Assembly: GCA_020356025.1 (NCBI GenBank)
Contig: CP070630.1
Coordinates: 1,729,027 to 1,793,026 of the forward strand
DNA from: Dehalococcoidia bacterium
GTDB taxonomy: Bacteria > Chloroflexota > Dehalococcoidia > SM23-28-2
Length of the DNA: 64,000 nt
Direction: 5' to 3'
The notes under the pieces were generated by a model, which made no database searches, was not told the DNA's origin, and worked only from the letters and a program-made list of their open reading frames with translations. The position numbers were made by a program, and so were the translations under genes. Positions 10,556-20,993 of the stretch are shown piece by piece. How positions within the stretch are numbered: the stretch's first letter is position 1; each line of letters begins with the position of its first letter.

Positions 10556-11704
10556 CTACTCCGCAGCCGAACCAGCGACCTGCTCCGTGAACAGGGGCAG
10601 ATAGCGCGCCACCAGGCCAAAGGCGGCGACGCCGGCAGCGATCATGCCGATGGTCACGGCGAATTCCAGCGGGTGCGGCACGTACGAGGCGGCGAACTCC
10701 GGCCTGCCTATGGCGATCAGGCTCACCGCAAACCGGCTGAGGATCACCCCGCTGATGACCAGCAGCGCGCTGAACAACAGCCCGACGCTGCTTTGCCTTA
10801 CCGCCGGCAGTGAGAACAGCACCATGGGCAGGAGCACGAAGCCCATGATCTCCAGCCACCACAGACCGCTCTCCAAATTCCATTCTGTCAGCAGGCTCAA
10901 CTCCCCCGAGCCAGCGAGATCCCCGATCTTGACCGCGATGTAGGCAGCCAAGACAAACGGGATCACCTTGGCCAGACCACCAAGAAGGTCTAGCTCCAAC
11001 CCTCGCCGGAACACCCTCGAACTGATAGTAGACTCCAGAATCACCATAGCCGGCCCCACCGCTACCGCCGTTAACCAGAACATCAGCGGCAACAATGGCG
11101 TGTGCCAGATCTTATCCAGTTGGTCAGGCAGGATGACATACAGCGAACCCAGGGAAGACTGATGCAGGGTGGACAGCGTCGCCCCCGCGATGGCAAGCGG
11201 GATGATCAGCGCATGGATGAGACGGCGCGGCGCTTCCATCCCAAAGCGCTCGAACACCATTGGGCTGAACTCCAGGGCCAGCACGGCGGTGTACAGCATT
11301 ACGCACCACCCTACCTCAAACATGACCGAGTGGTGGTTCCAGAAGATTATGAGATACCAGATGCGCTCTGGACGGCCCAGGTCAACTAGAAGGGCCAGGA
11401 TCACCAGCAGGTAGCCCAGGAAACCCGTGAGAATGGCCGGCCGAAGCAGGGGACGATACCGCTCCCCGCCAAAAAGGTAGACCATCGACGCCGTGACGAA
11501 GGCGCCGGCCGCCAACGCCACGCCGCACAGCAGGTCGAAGGTGATCCACAGCCCCCAGCCATAGTTGTCGTTCAGGTTGCTGATGGCCCCCAAGCCGCTT
11601 ACGTAGCGGATCATCGCCACCACGACCCCAAGGACGATCAGGCCCCCCAGCACGACGACAGCGGGTGAAATGGGAGGACGACGGAGCGCGTTTCCTCCAA
11701 TCAT
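10556..11704 (-). CDS. NrfD/PsrC-family (HybB-like) integral membrane subunit
   Basis: WGLWITFDLLCGVALAAG, DLGRPER, SVMFEV..C and LSTLHQSSLG motifs; about 10 TM helices. Confidence 0.88.
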   Translation of the reverse strand: MIGGNALRRPPISPAVVVLGGLIVLGVVVAMIRYVSGLGAISNLNDNYGWGLWITFDLLCGVALAAGAFVTASMVYLFGGERYRPLLRPAILTGFLGYLLVILALLVDLGRPERIWYLIIFWNHHSVMFEVGWCVMLYTAVLALEFSPMVFERFGMEAPRRLIHALIIPLAIAGATLSTLHQSSLGSLYVILPDQLDKIWHTPLLPLMFWLTAVAVGPAMVILESTISSRVFRRGLELDLLGGLAKVIPFVLAAYIAVKIGDLAGSGELSLLTEWNLESGLWWLEIMGFVLLPMVLFSLPAVRQSSVGLLFSALLVISGVILSRFAVSLIAIGRPEFAASYVPHPLEFAVTIGMIAAGVAAFGLVARYLPLFTEQVAGSAAE

Positions 11705-12525
11705 GACGATGCCTCCCTATCTCCTGACCTGCCTGATCCCCCATTCTTGCCCATCATCTCCTGTCGGCGTTTCACCACCCAGTAGAGGCCGCCTAGGCCG
11801 ACCAGCATGCCCACCAGAACGGCAGGCGTAGCTTTCGTCATGATGTCCTCGGTGTCTTCCTGAATCGGCGCCGAACCGAGCTGCGGCATACCCAGCTCCT
11901 CGAAAGAAACGGGAGAGATGTACAGGAGAGAGGTGCCTCCTGCCTCATCCTTGCCGTAAACGCGATCCGCGTATCTCTCCGGGTGTTCCCGAATCCTGGC
12001 TTCCGCCACGGCGATCAGCTCATCGCGGTCGCCGTACATGAGCGCCCTGCTCGGGCAGGTGTGCACGCAGGCCGGCTCCATCCCCGCGCTCAACCGGTCG
12101 ATGCAGAAGGTGCATTTCTTGATCTCCGGCCCCTCAAACAGGCCCTGATCCCACTGGAAGGTCGGGATCTCGAAAGGACAGGCCAGCATGCAGTAGCGAC
12201 AACCGATGCAGCGATCGCCGTGATACAGCACAGGACCCTCGTCGATCTTGTAGAGCGCTCCCACCGGACACGCCGATACGCAGGCCGGATGCACACAGTG
12301 CATGCAGGCCTGCCGACGGAAGGCCCATTTCAGCCCGTCGCCGTTCTCGACCTCCCTGAACTCCATGAGGAGCCACGTGTCGGCCGAGACGCGCGGCGGG
12401 TTCTGGTAGCTGCCCGTGTTGCGGGTGGCCTCCCCCGGCAGGTCGTTCCACTGCTTGCAGGCGACCTGACAGCCGCGGCAGCCGGTGCATCTGAACGCGT
12501 CGAACAGTATCGCTACCTTAGCCAT
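11701..12525 (-). CDS. 4x[4Fe-4S] electron-transfer subunit (FdnH/HybA-like) with C-terminal TM anchor
   Basis: CTGCRGCQVAC, CMHC.HPACVSACP, CIGCRYCMLACP and KCTFC...PACVHTCP motifs. Confidence 0.9.
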   Translation of the reverse strand: MAKVAILFDAFRCTGCRGCQVACKQWNDLPGEATRNTGSYQNPPRVSADTWLLMEFREVENGDGLKWAFRRQACMHCVHPACVSACPVGALYKIDEGPVLYHGDRCIGCRYCMLACPFEIPTFQWDQGLFEGPEIKKCTFCIDRLSAGMEPACVHTCPSRALMYGDRDELIAVAEARIREHPERYADRVYGKDEAGGTSLLYISPVSFEELGMPQLGSAPIQEDTEDIMTKATPAVLVGMLVGLGGLYWVVKRRQEMMGKNGGSGRSGDREASS

Positions 12526-12572
12526 ATCACCTACCATCCCTTGGCAAGACAGACGTCAGAACCATCCCGTCC

Positions 12573-15500
12573 CTAGGCCTTTCTCACATCCACCAGGAAG
12601 ACCTTATACTCTGGGATCATCGTGTTGCCATCGCCGACGTGGGCGGTCAGGTCGTTGGCGACGTCGCCGGTGGCCAGCCCCTGCCAGCCGTAGTGCCAGG
12701 GCATTCCCACCTGATGCACCTTCGTACCGTTGACCTGGAATGGCTTCCACCGCTTGGTAACCATTGCTACCATCTGAATCTGTCCCCGCGCCGATCTGAC
12801 GATGACCTGGTCACCGTTCTTGATGCCCCTCTCCTGCGCGAGTTCTTCGCCGATCTCCAGGAACATGTCAGGCTGGCACTCCGCTAGCCACGGGAGGGTG
12901 CGGGACATCGCCCCGGCCTGCCACTGCTCGCACAATCGATAGGTCGAGCAGACGATCGGGAACTCGTCCGCTGTGCCCACCTTGTCGCCGATGTCCTTGT
13001 CCGCGTCCGTGTCCCACAGTTTGATCACCGGGTTGTTCTGCTGGCTGGAGATCGGGTTCTGCACCGGCGACTCCACGGGCTCGTAGTGCTCCGGGAATGG
13101 CCCCTCATTAAGGCTCGAGGGAGCGAACAGCCATCCCTTGCCGTCGCTCTTCATGATGAACGGGTCGGTGCCGGATTGGGCGCCGAGGCCCGATGCGGCG
13201 GGGTCGGCCTTGGCATCCGGTGCCTTGGTCTTCGAAAAGTCGGGCACATCGTAGCCTGTCCACTCACCGGCCTCCGCGTCCCACCAGATGACCTTCTTGT
13301 TCTCCGCCCAGGGCGTCCCGTCCGGCCTCGCCGAGGCGCGATTATAGAGGACGCGCCGGTTGGCCGGCCAGGTAAAGCCCCAGTAGGGGTAGAAGCCGTA
13401 CCCGCCGGGGTCCTTCTGACCGCGTCGCTTCACCGCCGGCATGACAGCGCCGGTGCCGTCGTCGGCCTCAGCGAAATAGCCGGCGAAGAGCCAGTTGCCG
13501 CAGGCGATCATCCCCGGATCGGCGGCGGAGGCGATAGTGCCGAAGCCGGGGATGACCTTCCCCTTCTCCACCAGCACCTTGCCGCTGGCGTCCTTCACGT
13601 CCTCCGCGGCATAGCCATTGACCTCACGGGCGACAAGTTCCACATCCGGCTCATCCCCGTAGTCCCACACCAAGTCGAGGAGGGGGGAATCCTTGGAGTC
13701 TGAGGAGGGCGCGTAGACCTCCTTGAGGGCTTTCACCAATTGGGTGAGGATCCAGATGTCCTCCTTCGCCTCGCCAGGCCCCCCTGCTATCGCCGGCCGC
13801 CACTGGTTACGGCGACCGCTGGTGACGATGCTCCCCGCCTTCTCCACGGCGTCAACCGCCGGCAGCAGGAACACCTCGGTATTGATGTCCTCGGGCTTGA
13901 CGTTCGGCCCTTTCCAGAACGAGGCCGTCTCGGTCTCGAACAGGTCCATGACCACCAGCCAGTCCAGGTTCTCCATCGCTTTGCGCTCGAAGCGCGCGTT
14001 GGGCCCGCCCACGGCTGGGTTCTGGCCCATGCAGACCAGACCCTTGATCTGGTTCGCGTACATCGCCTCAAAGAGGCTGATCCAGGAGTAGTTCCCGCTC
14101 GTCTTGGGCACGTAGTCGTAGGCGTAGTCGTTGTCCTTCGTCGCCGCGTCCCCGAACCAGGCCCTCATCAGGCTCGCGAAGAACTTCGGCCCATTGACCC
14201 AGTAGCTGGTCGTAGCGAAGCGCTGCTTGGAGTAAGCGGCGTAGTCAACGTCCGTATCGCGCGGGCAGCCGAGGTAGCCGGGAAGAATGTGGAACAACAG
14301 GGCCATGTCGGTCGAGCCCTGGACGTTGGACTCGCCCCGCAGCGCGTTGACGCCGCCGCCCGGCATGCCGATGTTGCCCAGGAGCAGTTGGAGCATGGCC
14401 ATCGACCGCACATTCTGAGTGCCCACGGTGTGCTGCGTCTGGCCCATGGCGTACATGATTGTGCCGGACTTGTCGACGGCGCCGGTGGCGCAGTACAGTT
14501 CCGCCACCTGAAGGAACTCGTCTTTCGGCGTGCCGCATACCTGCTCCACTACCTCAGGTGTGAAGCGAGCGTAGTGCTTCTTCAGGTGGGCGAAGACGCA
14601 GTTGGGGTCGTCGAGGCTTGTAGCCTGCTTGATCGTTGCCAGCTCCTTCGTGACCGTTGCTTCTTGCCCCGTCTCAGGGTCGGTCTCGGTGGATGTAACC
14701 GCCTCCTTCTCGATCTGGTATTGCCACGACGTCGTGTCGTACGATCTCTTCTCCGCGTCATAGCCGGAGAAAAGGCCATCGAGGTCAGCCGGTCCCTGGA
14801 AGTCTGGCTGGACCAGAGTGAGAGCGTTGGTGTAGTACTTCACGTACTCCTCGTTGTAGAGCTTGTTCTGTATCGTGTAGTTGATCAGCCCACCCAGGAA
14901 GACGATGTCGGTGCCCGAGCGCAGGGACGTGTACAGATCGGACGTGGCCGCCGTGCGAGTGAAGCGCGGATCGACGACGATCAGATTGGCCTTGTTCCTG
15001 TCCCGCGCCTCATTGACCCAAGTCATGGACGCTGGATGGTTCTCAGCAGGGTTGGCGCCAATGACCAGGATACAGTCGGAGTTCTTGATATCAGTCCAGT
15101 CATTGGTCATGGCACCGCGGCCATACGTGGGGCCGAGACCGGCCACCGTGGCCGAGTGTCATATGCGTGCCTGGTGCTCTAAATACACCACCCCTAGAGC
15201 CCGCGCCAGTTTGACGCTCAGGTAGCAGTCCTCGCTGTTGTTGGCAGCCCCACCGATCCACGCCAGGCCCTCAGCGCGATTGACCGTCACGTCCTTGCCG
15301 TCGACCTTGACGGTGCTGACGAAGCTATCATCACGCGTCTTCTTGATACGCTTGGCGATCTCGGCCGTCGCCCAGTCCCACGACTTCTCCTCCCACTTCT
15401 CTGAGCCTGGAGCGCGATACATCACCGTCTTCAGGCGCAGGGGGCTGTTGGAGAGTTGGGGCACGGAAACAGACTTCGGGTCGAGGGCGCCACGGTTCAC

Positions 15501-15731
15501 GATGTGATCCGGGTCGCCCTCGGCGTTGGTTATATGTCCGTTCTCATCGGTCGCGATGACGAGGCCGCAGCCGCACGAGCAGTAGGGACAGATCGTCAGC
15601 CCCTCACCAACCTTCTTGTGCAGAGGGAAATCCCCGATTCCCTTGGCAGCAGCCGAGCCAGTCGGCAAGAGCAAGCCAGCGTTGGTCGCGGCGCAGAGCA
15701 CGAGGAAATGTCTTCGGCTCAGTTTGGTCAT
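12573..15731 (-). CDS. fdnG: Selenocysteine-containing formate dehydrogenase-N alpha subunit (Mo/W-bisPGD), Tat-exported
   Basis: Tat motif SRRHFL; CPYCSCGC; track ORFs 15159-15764 and 12573-15146 are in frame across TGA 15159-15161, giving HQARI-U-HSATVAGLGPTYGRGAMTN; LRGESNVQG; SD AGGAGG before ATG 15731. Confidence 0.93.
15118..15158 (-). promoter_or_regulatory. SECIS element of fdnG
   Basis: GGCCG-GUCU-CGGCC apical hairpin (15131-15144) with lower stem CGGCCA/UGGCCG directly 3' of the UGA. Confidence 0.8.
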
Positions 15732-15782
15732 AGAGCTTGACCTCCTGGGCGGAAGCCCGAACATTCAACGAGCACCCGACGA

Positions 15783-16151
15783 CTAGAAGAAGATGGTCTT
15801 GTCACTCTGCACCACCCAATCCACTAGGTCAGCCATTGTGGCACTCTCCACGCCCTTTATCATCTCCTCCGGACGAAAGCCCCGCTCTGCCGAGCAGACG
15901 CGACAGGCCTTGACCGTCAGCCCTTCTTGTATCGCGGCCCCCAGGAGTTCCTCGCAATTGGGCATACCCGCCCCGCCGACAGGCATCTCCGGCGGCTTCT
16001 GCCCCTTCTTGGCCGCAAACACAGCGTCCTCCAACAGAAAGAGGTTCACCTGATGTCCTTCATGGAGAGCCACCAACGAAAACCTGAGAGCCGTGTAGAC
16101 TCGCTGTCTCCCGTACGTCGGGTCGCCCACCGCAACAGTAATGGTTGCCAT
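15783..16151 (-). CDS. DsrE-family protein
   Basis: PTYG....TALR.S...VNLFLLEDAV.AAKKGQ...ACRVCSAERG...MADLVDWV..SDK. Confidence 0.82.
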   Translation of the reverse strand: MATITVAVGDPTYGRQRVYTALRFSLVALHEGHQVNLFLLEDAVFAAKKGQKPPEMPVGGAGMPNCEELLGAAIQEGLTVKACRVCSAERGFRPEEMIKGVESATMADLVDWVVQSDKTIFF

Positions 16152-16266
16152 AGACGCCTCGCCTCCCGTCGGCCTTCGCTAGAACCTCTCTTTGATCACG
16201 ATGGCCAGACCCCAGATTCCCTCGTCCGCTCTTCGCTAACTCATGCCGGATACAGGAGATCTAAGA

Positions 16267-16295
16267 ATAATATGTGAATGTTAGCACAAAGTCTA
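16267..16295 (-). promoter_or_regulatory. Putative fdh-operon promoter with Rex/CRP-like operator in the spacer
   Basis: TAGACT-N17-TATTAT; the spacer is occupied by TTGTGCTAACATTCACAT (16272-16289). Confidence 0.5.
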
Positions 16296-16474
16296 TCCAA
16301 CACAACACCAGGCCAGTAACAGAATCGTTACAGTTCACTGCTGTTACGCTTGGACGAGCCTTGGGAGCCACGCCTGAATCCGCCTTGCCGACGCCCTTGC
16401 CAGCAGAGGACGTCTGCGCTAGCCTACAGCAGCAGGAACGTAATACGGCCGCACGGCGCCAAAAGGAGGCCCCA

Positions 16475-17893
16475 ATGAACGAGACCGATATCTGCTTCTT
16501 GTCGGCTGCAGATCTCGTTGCATCCTACCAAGCGAAGACCCTCAGCCCTGTCGAAGTGACGCAGGCGCTGCTGGCCCGCATTGACCGGCTCAACCCTGTG
16601 CTCAACGCCTTCGTCCTCGTGGACGACGAAGGAGCCCTGGCCTCAGCGCGGGCGGCGGAGAAGGCCTACGCTTCGGCATCGGCAGCGCCCCTGGCCGGCG
16701 TTCCCGTATCCATCAAGGACTTGACCGAGACGCGCGGCATGCGTACCACGAAAGCGTCAATAGCGCTCAAGGACTGGGTCCCAGACTTCGATGCTGTCGT
16801 TGTGGAGCGGCTGCGCGATACCGGCGCCTGCATCCTGGGCAAGACGAACGTCCCTGAGTTTGGCACGACGCTCATCACGAACAACCGCTTGTTCGGGCCG
16901 GCGCGCAATCCCTGGAACCTGGAACGCACTGCCGGCGGCTCCAGCGGCGGTGCCGCGGTAGCAGTGGCCTCCGGCCTCGGCTCCATCGGCCACGGCAATG
17001 ACGCCGGCGGCTCGATCCGCATACCAGCGAGCTTCTGCGGAGTGTTCGGCATCAAGCCCACCATGGGCCGCATCCCAAACAACTCCAACACGGTTGGGAT
17101 GCAGCTCTTTGCCCACGAGGGCCCGCTCACACGCACAGTGGGCGATGCTGCCCTCTTCCTGTCCGTGTGCTCTGGGCCTGACCCCCGCGACCCCTGGGCT
17201 ATCGAGGAGGAGCCGCCAGACTTCGTGCGCACGCTCAACGAACCCCTTCGCGACCTGAGAATCGCCTGGAGCGCCAGCTTCGGCGGCGCATCCACCGATC
17301 CTTCAGTCCTCGCGGCCTGCCAGGATGCGGCCGAGTGCCTGGCGAAACGAGTTGGCAAAGGTGGGCTGGCCCAGGCCACGCCAGACCTGACCGGCTTGGC
17401 GGAGTCATTCCTGCCCGTGTTCGCAACGGACGGATACCTGTCGAACATCGAACTGGTAGCAGACCGGCTCGACAAGTCGTGCAGGCAGGTGCGGCAAGGC
17501 TTCGAATGGGCGAAGCAGCTACCGGCAACGGAATACTCTCTCGCTCTCGGCAAGATCGCCCGCTTTCGCTACAACACCCGGCGCTTCTTCGAGGAGTACG
17601 ACCTCCTGCTGACGCCCGTAGCCTCGGTGCCTCCGTTCAGGATCGATGACCCGGCGTGGGACATAGAACACCAGATACCACCGCTGGAGATCGCCAAGTT
17701 CATGTTCACACCCCCCTTCGACGTGTCGGGCAATCCCGCAGCCTCCATTCCGATCGGATTCACCCCCGACGGTCTGCCCGTCGGCCTCCACGTCGTGGGC
17801 CGCTGGGGCGAGGACGACACAGTCCTGCGCGCCGCCCGCGAGCTTGAGCGCGAGAGACCCTGGGCGAAGCACCGCCCGCCGGAGCCTGCATAG
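16475..17893 (+). CDS. Amidase signature family protein
   Basis: PLAGVPVSIKD, GGSSGG and GNDAGGSIRIPASFCG motifs; ATG at 16475 follows AAGGAGG. Confidence 0.9.
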   Translation: MNETDICFLSAADLVASYQAKTLSPVEVTQALLARIDRLNPVLNAFVLVDDEGALASARAAEKAYASASAAPLAGVPVSIKDLTETRGMRTTKASIALKDWVPDFDAVVVERLRDTGACILGKTNVPEFGTTLITNNRLFGPARNPWNLERTAGGSSGGAAVAVASGLGSIGHGNDAGGSIRIPASFCGVFGIKPTMGRIPNNSNTVGMQLFAHEGPLTRTVGDAALFLSVCSGPDPRDPWAIEEEPPDFVRTLNEPLRDLRIAWSASFGGASTDPSVLAACQDAAECLAKRVGKGGLAQATPDLTGLAESFLPVFATDGYLSNIELVADRLDKSCRQVRQGFEWAKQLPATEYSLALGKIARFRYNTRRFFEEYDLLLTPVASVPPFRIDDPAWDIEHQIPPLEIAKFMFTPPFDVSGNPAASIPIGFTPDGLPVGLHVVGRWGEDDTVLRAARELERERPWAKHRPPEPA

Positions 17894-17975
17894 ATTGAAC
17901 CGCAGGCGCTTCCCTGGTATCCTTGCAGATACCAGAATCTAGCTCGCAAAGGTTCAAGTCCGAGGCGGTGCCACC

Positions 17976-19346
17976 ATGGTACACGAGTTAATGAGAAAGC
18001 AAGCGGATGTTGCTGTTGTGGGCTCTGGCCCCGGTGGCGCTACAGTTGCCCGCCAGCTAGCCAGGGCTGGCAAGAAGGTCGTTCTGCTCGAGATGGGCCG
18101 AGACCATCGGAACGAGTTCTACTACGGCACCCACCTTGGAGCCATGATCTACGGCGACAACCACGGCCTCTTGTTCACCGAGGAAGGGCTGAACATCATC
18201 AGGCCTATCATGACCGGCGGAGCGACGAATCTGTTCGCCGGCTCTGCCGCCGCACCGCCAGCGTGGCTAAAGGACACATACAAAGTCGACATCGATCGCT
18301 ACGTTGACGAGACCATAGAGGAACTCGATATCCAAGCACTCCCTGATGAACTCCTTGGCCAAGCCTCTAAGCGCATCATGGAAGCAGGAATCTCCCTCGG
18401 TTGCCAGTGGGAGCCGCTCATAAAGTTCATCAGGCCTGCCAGGGCTGCCAAGTTCGACTGTGGCGCTAAGTGCATGCTCGGTTGTAGATGTGGGGCAAAG
18501 TGGACAGCCAACGAATATGTCGACGATGCCGTTGCCGCCGGATGTGAGCTGATTACCCAGTCAAAAGTGGACGAGCTGATCATTGAGGACAAGCAGGTTC
18601 TCGGGGTCAAAGGCAGCATCAAGAAGAGAATCCCATTTGAAGTAAGAGCGAGGGCCGTTGTTCTAGCGGCTGGCGGTATCGGAACACCACTAATCATGCA
18701 AAACTCGGGATTCTTTGACGCCGGCAACGGCATCGCAATGGACACAACGACAATGGTCTACGGCGTGTCCAAATACAAAGGAAATGCACCTGAGCCACCG
18801 ATGACCGTTGCCTACACCGACGATGAAAACGGCTACATGCTAAGTGCCTTGATCGACCCCTGGCTATCGTATCCCATCATCATGTTCGCAAAGGGCGTCC
18901 GATATCCCCTCACCTGGGTCAACTACCCCAGAACCATGGGAGTAATGATCAAGGTAAAAGACGAAATCTCCGGTGGCATTACCATTGACGGAAAGATTAG
19001 CAAGCCAATGACTGCACGGGATCGACACAGACTAAACCACGCCTCGATCGTCTCCCGAAAGATCCTCATCAAAGCGGGTTGCGATCCGGATTCTATCTTT
19101 GTGGGCCCGCTTCGAGGAACCCATCCAAGCGGAACCGTCAGAATTGGTGAGATGCTTGACACAAACCTCCAAACCGAGGTCAAGAACCTATACGTCTGCG
19201 ACGCCAGCACCTTCCCGGAGGCGCTGGATAGGCCGACCGTCCTCACGATCATCGGTTTGGGCAAGAGATTGAGCGATCATCTGCTGAACACCGTCTTCCG
19301 CAAGAAGACCGCACGGCGGGCGCCGGCAGCGCCAGCCGAACGCTAG
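17976..19346 (+). CDS. GMC-family FAD oxidoreductase
   Basis: VVGSGPGG, C..GC..GAKW, LAAGGIGTP, HPSGT and LYVCDAS.FP motifs. Confidence 0.85.
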   Translation: MVHELMRKQADVAVVGSGPGGATVARQLARAGKKVVLLEMGRDHRNEFYYGTHLGAMIYGDNHGLLFTEEGLNIIRPIMTGGATNLFAGSAAAPPAWLKDTYKVDIDRYVDETIEELDIQALPDELLGQASKRIMEAGISLGCQWEPLIKFIRPARAAKFDCGAKCMLGCRCGAKWTANEYVDDAVAAGCELITQSKVDELIIEDKQVLGVKGSIKKRIPFEVRARAVVLAAGGIGTPLIMQNSGFFDAGNGIAMDTTTMVYGVSKYKGNAPEPPMTVAYTDDENGYMLSALIDPWLSYPIIMFAKGVRYPLTWVNYPRTMGVMIKVKDEISGGITIDGKISKPMTARDRHRLNHASIVSRKILIKAGCDPDSIFVGPLRGTHPSGTVRIGEMLDTNLQTEVKNLYVCDASTFPEALDRPTVLTIIGLGKRLSDHLLNTVFRKKTARRAPAAPAER

Positions 19347-19356
19347 GTAAGGACCG

Positions 19357-20808
19357 TCAGTCAGCCCCCTGCTCCTGCCGTTCCCGATGGTACCTGACGA
19401 GCGCGGCCATGGCCCGGCCTGCTCTCTCGATGGTCGGATAGACAGCGAGGCCAGCGCTCGCCAGCCTCTGGTGCGCTTCCATCACCGCCCGCCAGCGCCG
19501 CTCCTCCGGTGAATCGGCCGGCCCCAGCACCACGGCCAAGGGTTTGGGCGTGTGGCCGGCCACCCCTATGAACCTCTCCACCACGTACTGAAGCAGCTGG
19601 GGGCCGATGGGAAGCTCCAGGATCCAGTCTTCCCCCACGTTCCCGATGAGGAGATCGAACTCCGGCCTTCCCGCCATCATCTCCAGGATGTCCATCCCGG
19701 TGACCGCGGTTCCCGCCAGAATCGACTGATCGGCTGGATTGATCACCCAGTCCCAGATCTCCGGCGCTCGCTGGCGCAGTTCCTCGCGCATCTCCCCTGG
19801 CAGAGAAGGCACGCTCAGGCCCGCCTCTTCGCAAAGATCGGCCGATTGGACCATGCGTCCTCCCCCTCCCCCCACTACTCCCACCCGTAGGCCAGTGGCC
19901 ACCGGCAGGAAAGCGAAGGCCAGCAGCATATCGATCAGATCCTCCAAGGTGCTGACCTCCAGCGCCCCGGCCTGACGCACCGCCGCCCTCCAGACCTGCT
20001 GAGCCCCAGCCAGGGCGGCCGTGTGAGAGGCGGCGGCATGCGTCCCCGCTGCCGTCCGACCTCCCTTGACAGTGACGACCGGCTTCCTGGCAGCCGCCCT
20101 CTTCAAGGCCGCCAGGAAGCGACGCCCGTCGCTGACCCCCTCCACATAGACGGCAATAATCCGCGTCTCCTCGTCCCGGGCGAAGTACTCCAGGAAGTCC
20201 ACCTCGTTCAGGTCGAGGCCGTTGCCGTAGCTTATGACCTTGCTAAAGCGCAGCCCCCGCAGCGAGCCGTGGTAGCAGAACTCCACGGCGTTGCCCCCGC
20301 TCTGGGACAGGAAGCCGACAGGCCCCGCCTCTCTCGGCAGCTCCGGCCGAAACGATATCCCTTCCTTGGGGTGATAAAGGCCCATGCAGTTCGGCCCGAT
20401 GATGCGAATGCCCGCCCGCTGCGCCCGCCGCTTCAACTCCTCCTCCAGCAGGGCCGCTTCCTGGCGGCCGGTCTCGCTGAAGCGGGCCGTGAAGAAGTGG
20501 ATGGCCTTCACCCCCTTGCGCGCACAATCATCGACCAGCTTCAGCACCCCTGCAGCCGGTATGCAGGAGATCACATAGTCCACCGGCCCCGGTACCTCCA
20601 GCAAGCTGGGGTAGGCCTTCAGGCCCAGCACTTCATCGAGGTTGGGGTTGATCGGATAGACGGCACCGCGATAGCTGAACTCCAGCAAACAGCGCACGTA
20701 CTCGTGGCCCTGGTTGATTGCCTTGGCCGAGGCCCCTGCCACCGCGATGGCGCGTGGATGAAAGATGGCCTCCAGTTCGGCAAAGGCCTTAGACTCGTCG
20801 CCTTTCAT
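19357..20808 (-). CDS. Acyl-CoA synthetase (NDP-forming) alpha-type / CoA-binding protein
   Basis: PRAIAVAGAS, IIGPNCMG, SQSGG and KGGRT..G..AAASHTAALAG (phospho-His) motifs; no ATP-grasp domain. Confidence 0.85.
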   Translation of the reverse strand: MKGDESKAFAELEAIFHPRAIAVAGASAKAINQGHEYVRCLLEFSYRGAVYPINPNLDEVLGLKAYPSLLEVPGPVDYVISCIPAAGVLKLVDDCARKGVKAIHFFTARFSETGRQEAALLEEELKRRAQRAGIRIIGPNCMGLYHPKEGISFRPELPREAGPVGFLSQSGGNAVEFCYHGSLRGLRFSKVISYGNGLDLNEVDFLEYFARDEETRIIAVYVEGVSDGRRFLAALKRAAARKPVVTVKGGRTAAGTHAAASHTAALAGAQQVWRAAVRQAGALEVSTLEDLIDMLLAFAFLPVATGLRVGVVGGGGGRMVQSADLCEEAGLSVPSLPGEMREELRQRAPEIWDWVINPADQSILAGTAVTGMDILEMMAGRPEFDLLIGNVGEDWILELPIGPQLLQYVVERFIGVAGHTPKPLAVVLGPADSPEERRWRAVMEAHQRLASAGLAVYPTIERAGRAMAALVRYHRERQEQGAD

Positions 20809-20993
20809 CTCCTCCTCAGTACGATCGGCGTGGCAATCTACTGCCGAGTGTATTGCAGACCGAGCAGTGCTTCAACGACGAGCGAGGTTTAACAATATCC
20901 ATGCCGCCCTTAAGCTTCTGCATGGCCCCGGAGACCAGATTGGACCCCAATGTGCTACTATTGCAGTCGAACTGAGAAAGGAGGTTGCCACAG

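Noticed and set aside
15147-15161. fdnG as a nonsense-disrupted pseudogene
   Set aside because: The TGA falls exactly on the catalytic Sec/Cys position and is followed by a SECIS-like hairpin
13740-15182. 480-aa plus-strand ORF and similar long antisense ORFs (e.g. 47149-48360, 23579-24853, 29565-30464, 34489-35367)
   Set aside because: These are shadow ORFs opposite well-supported genes, expected from high-GC codon bias, and show no motifs
16152-16266. Moco/tungsten-cofactor riboswitch upstream of the fdh operon (also considered before aor and mobA)
   Set aside because: I could not see the conserved motif elements by eye; an Rfam/Infernal scan would be needed to exclude it
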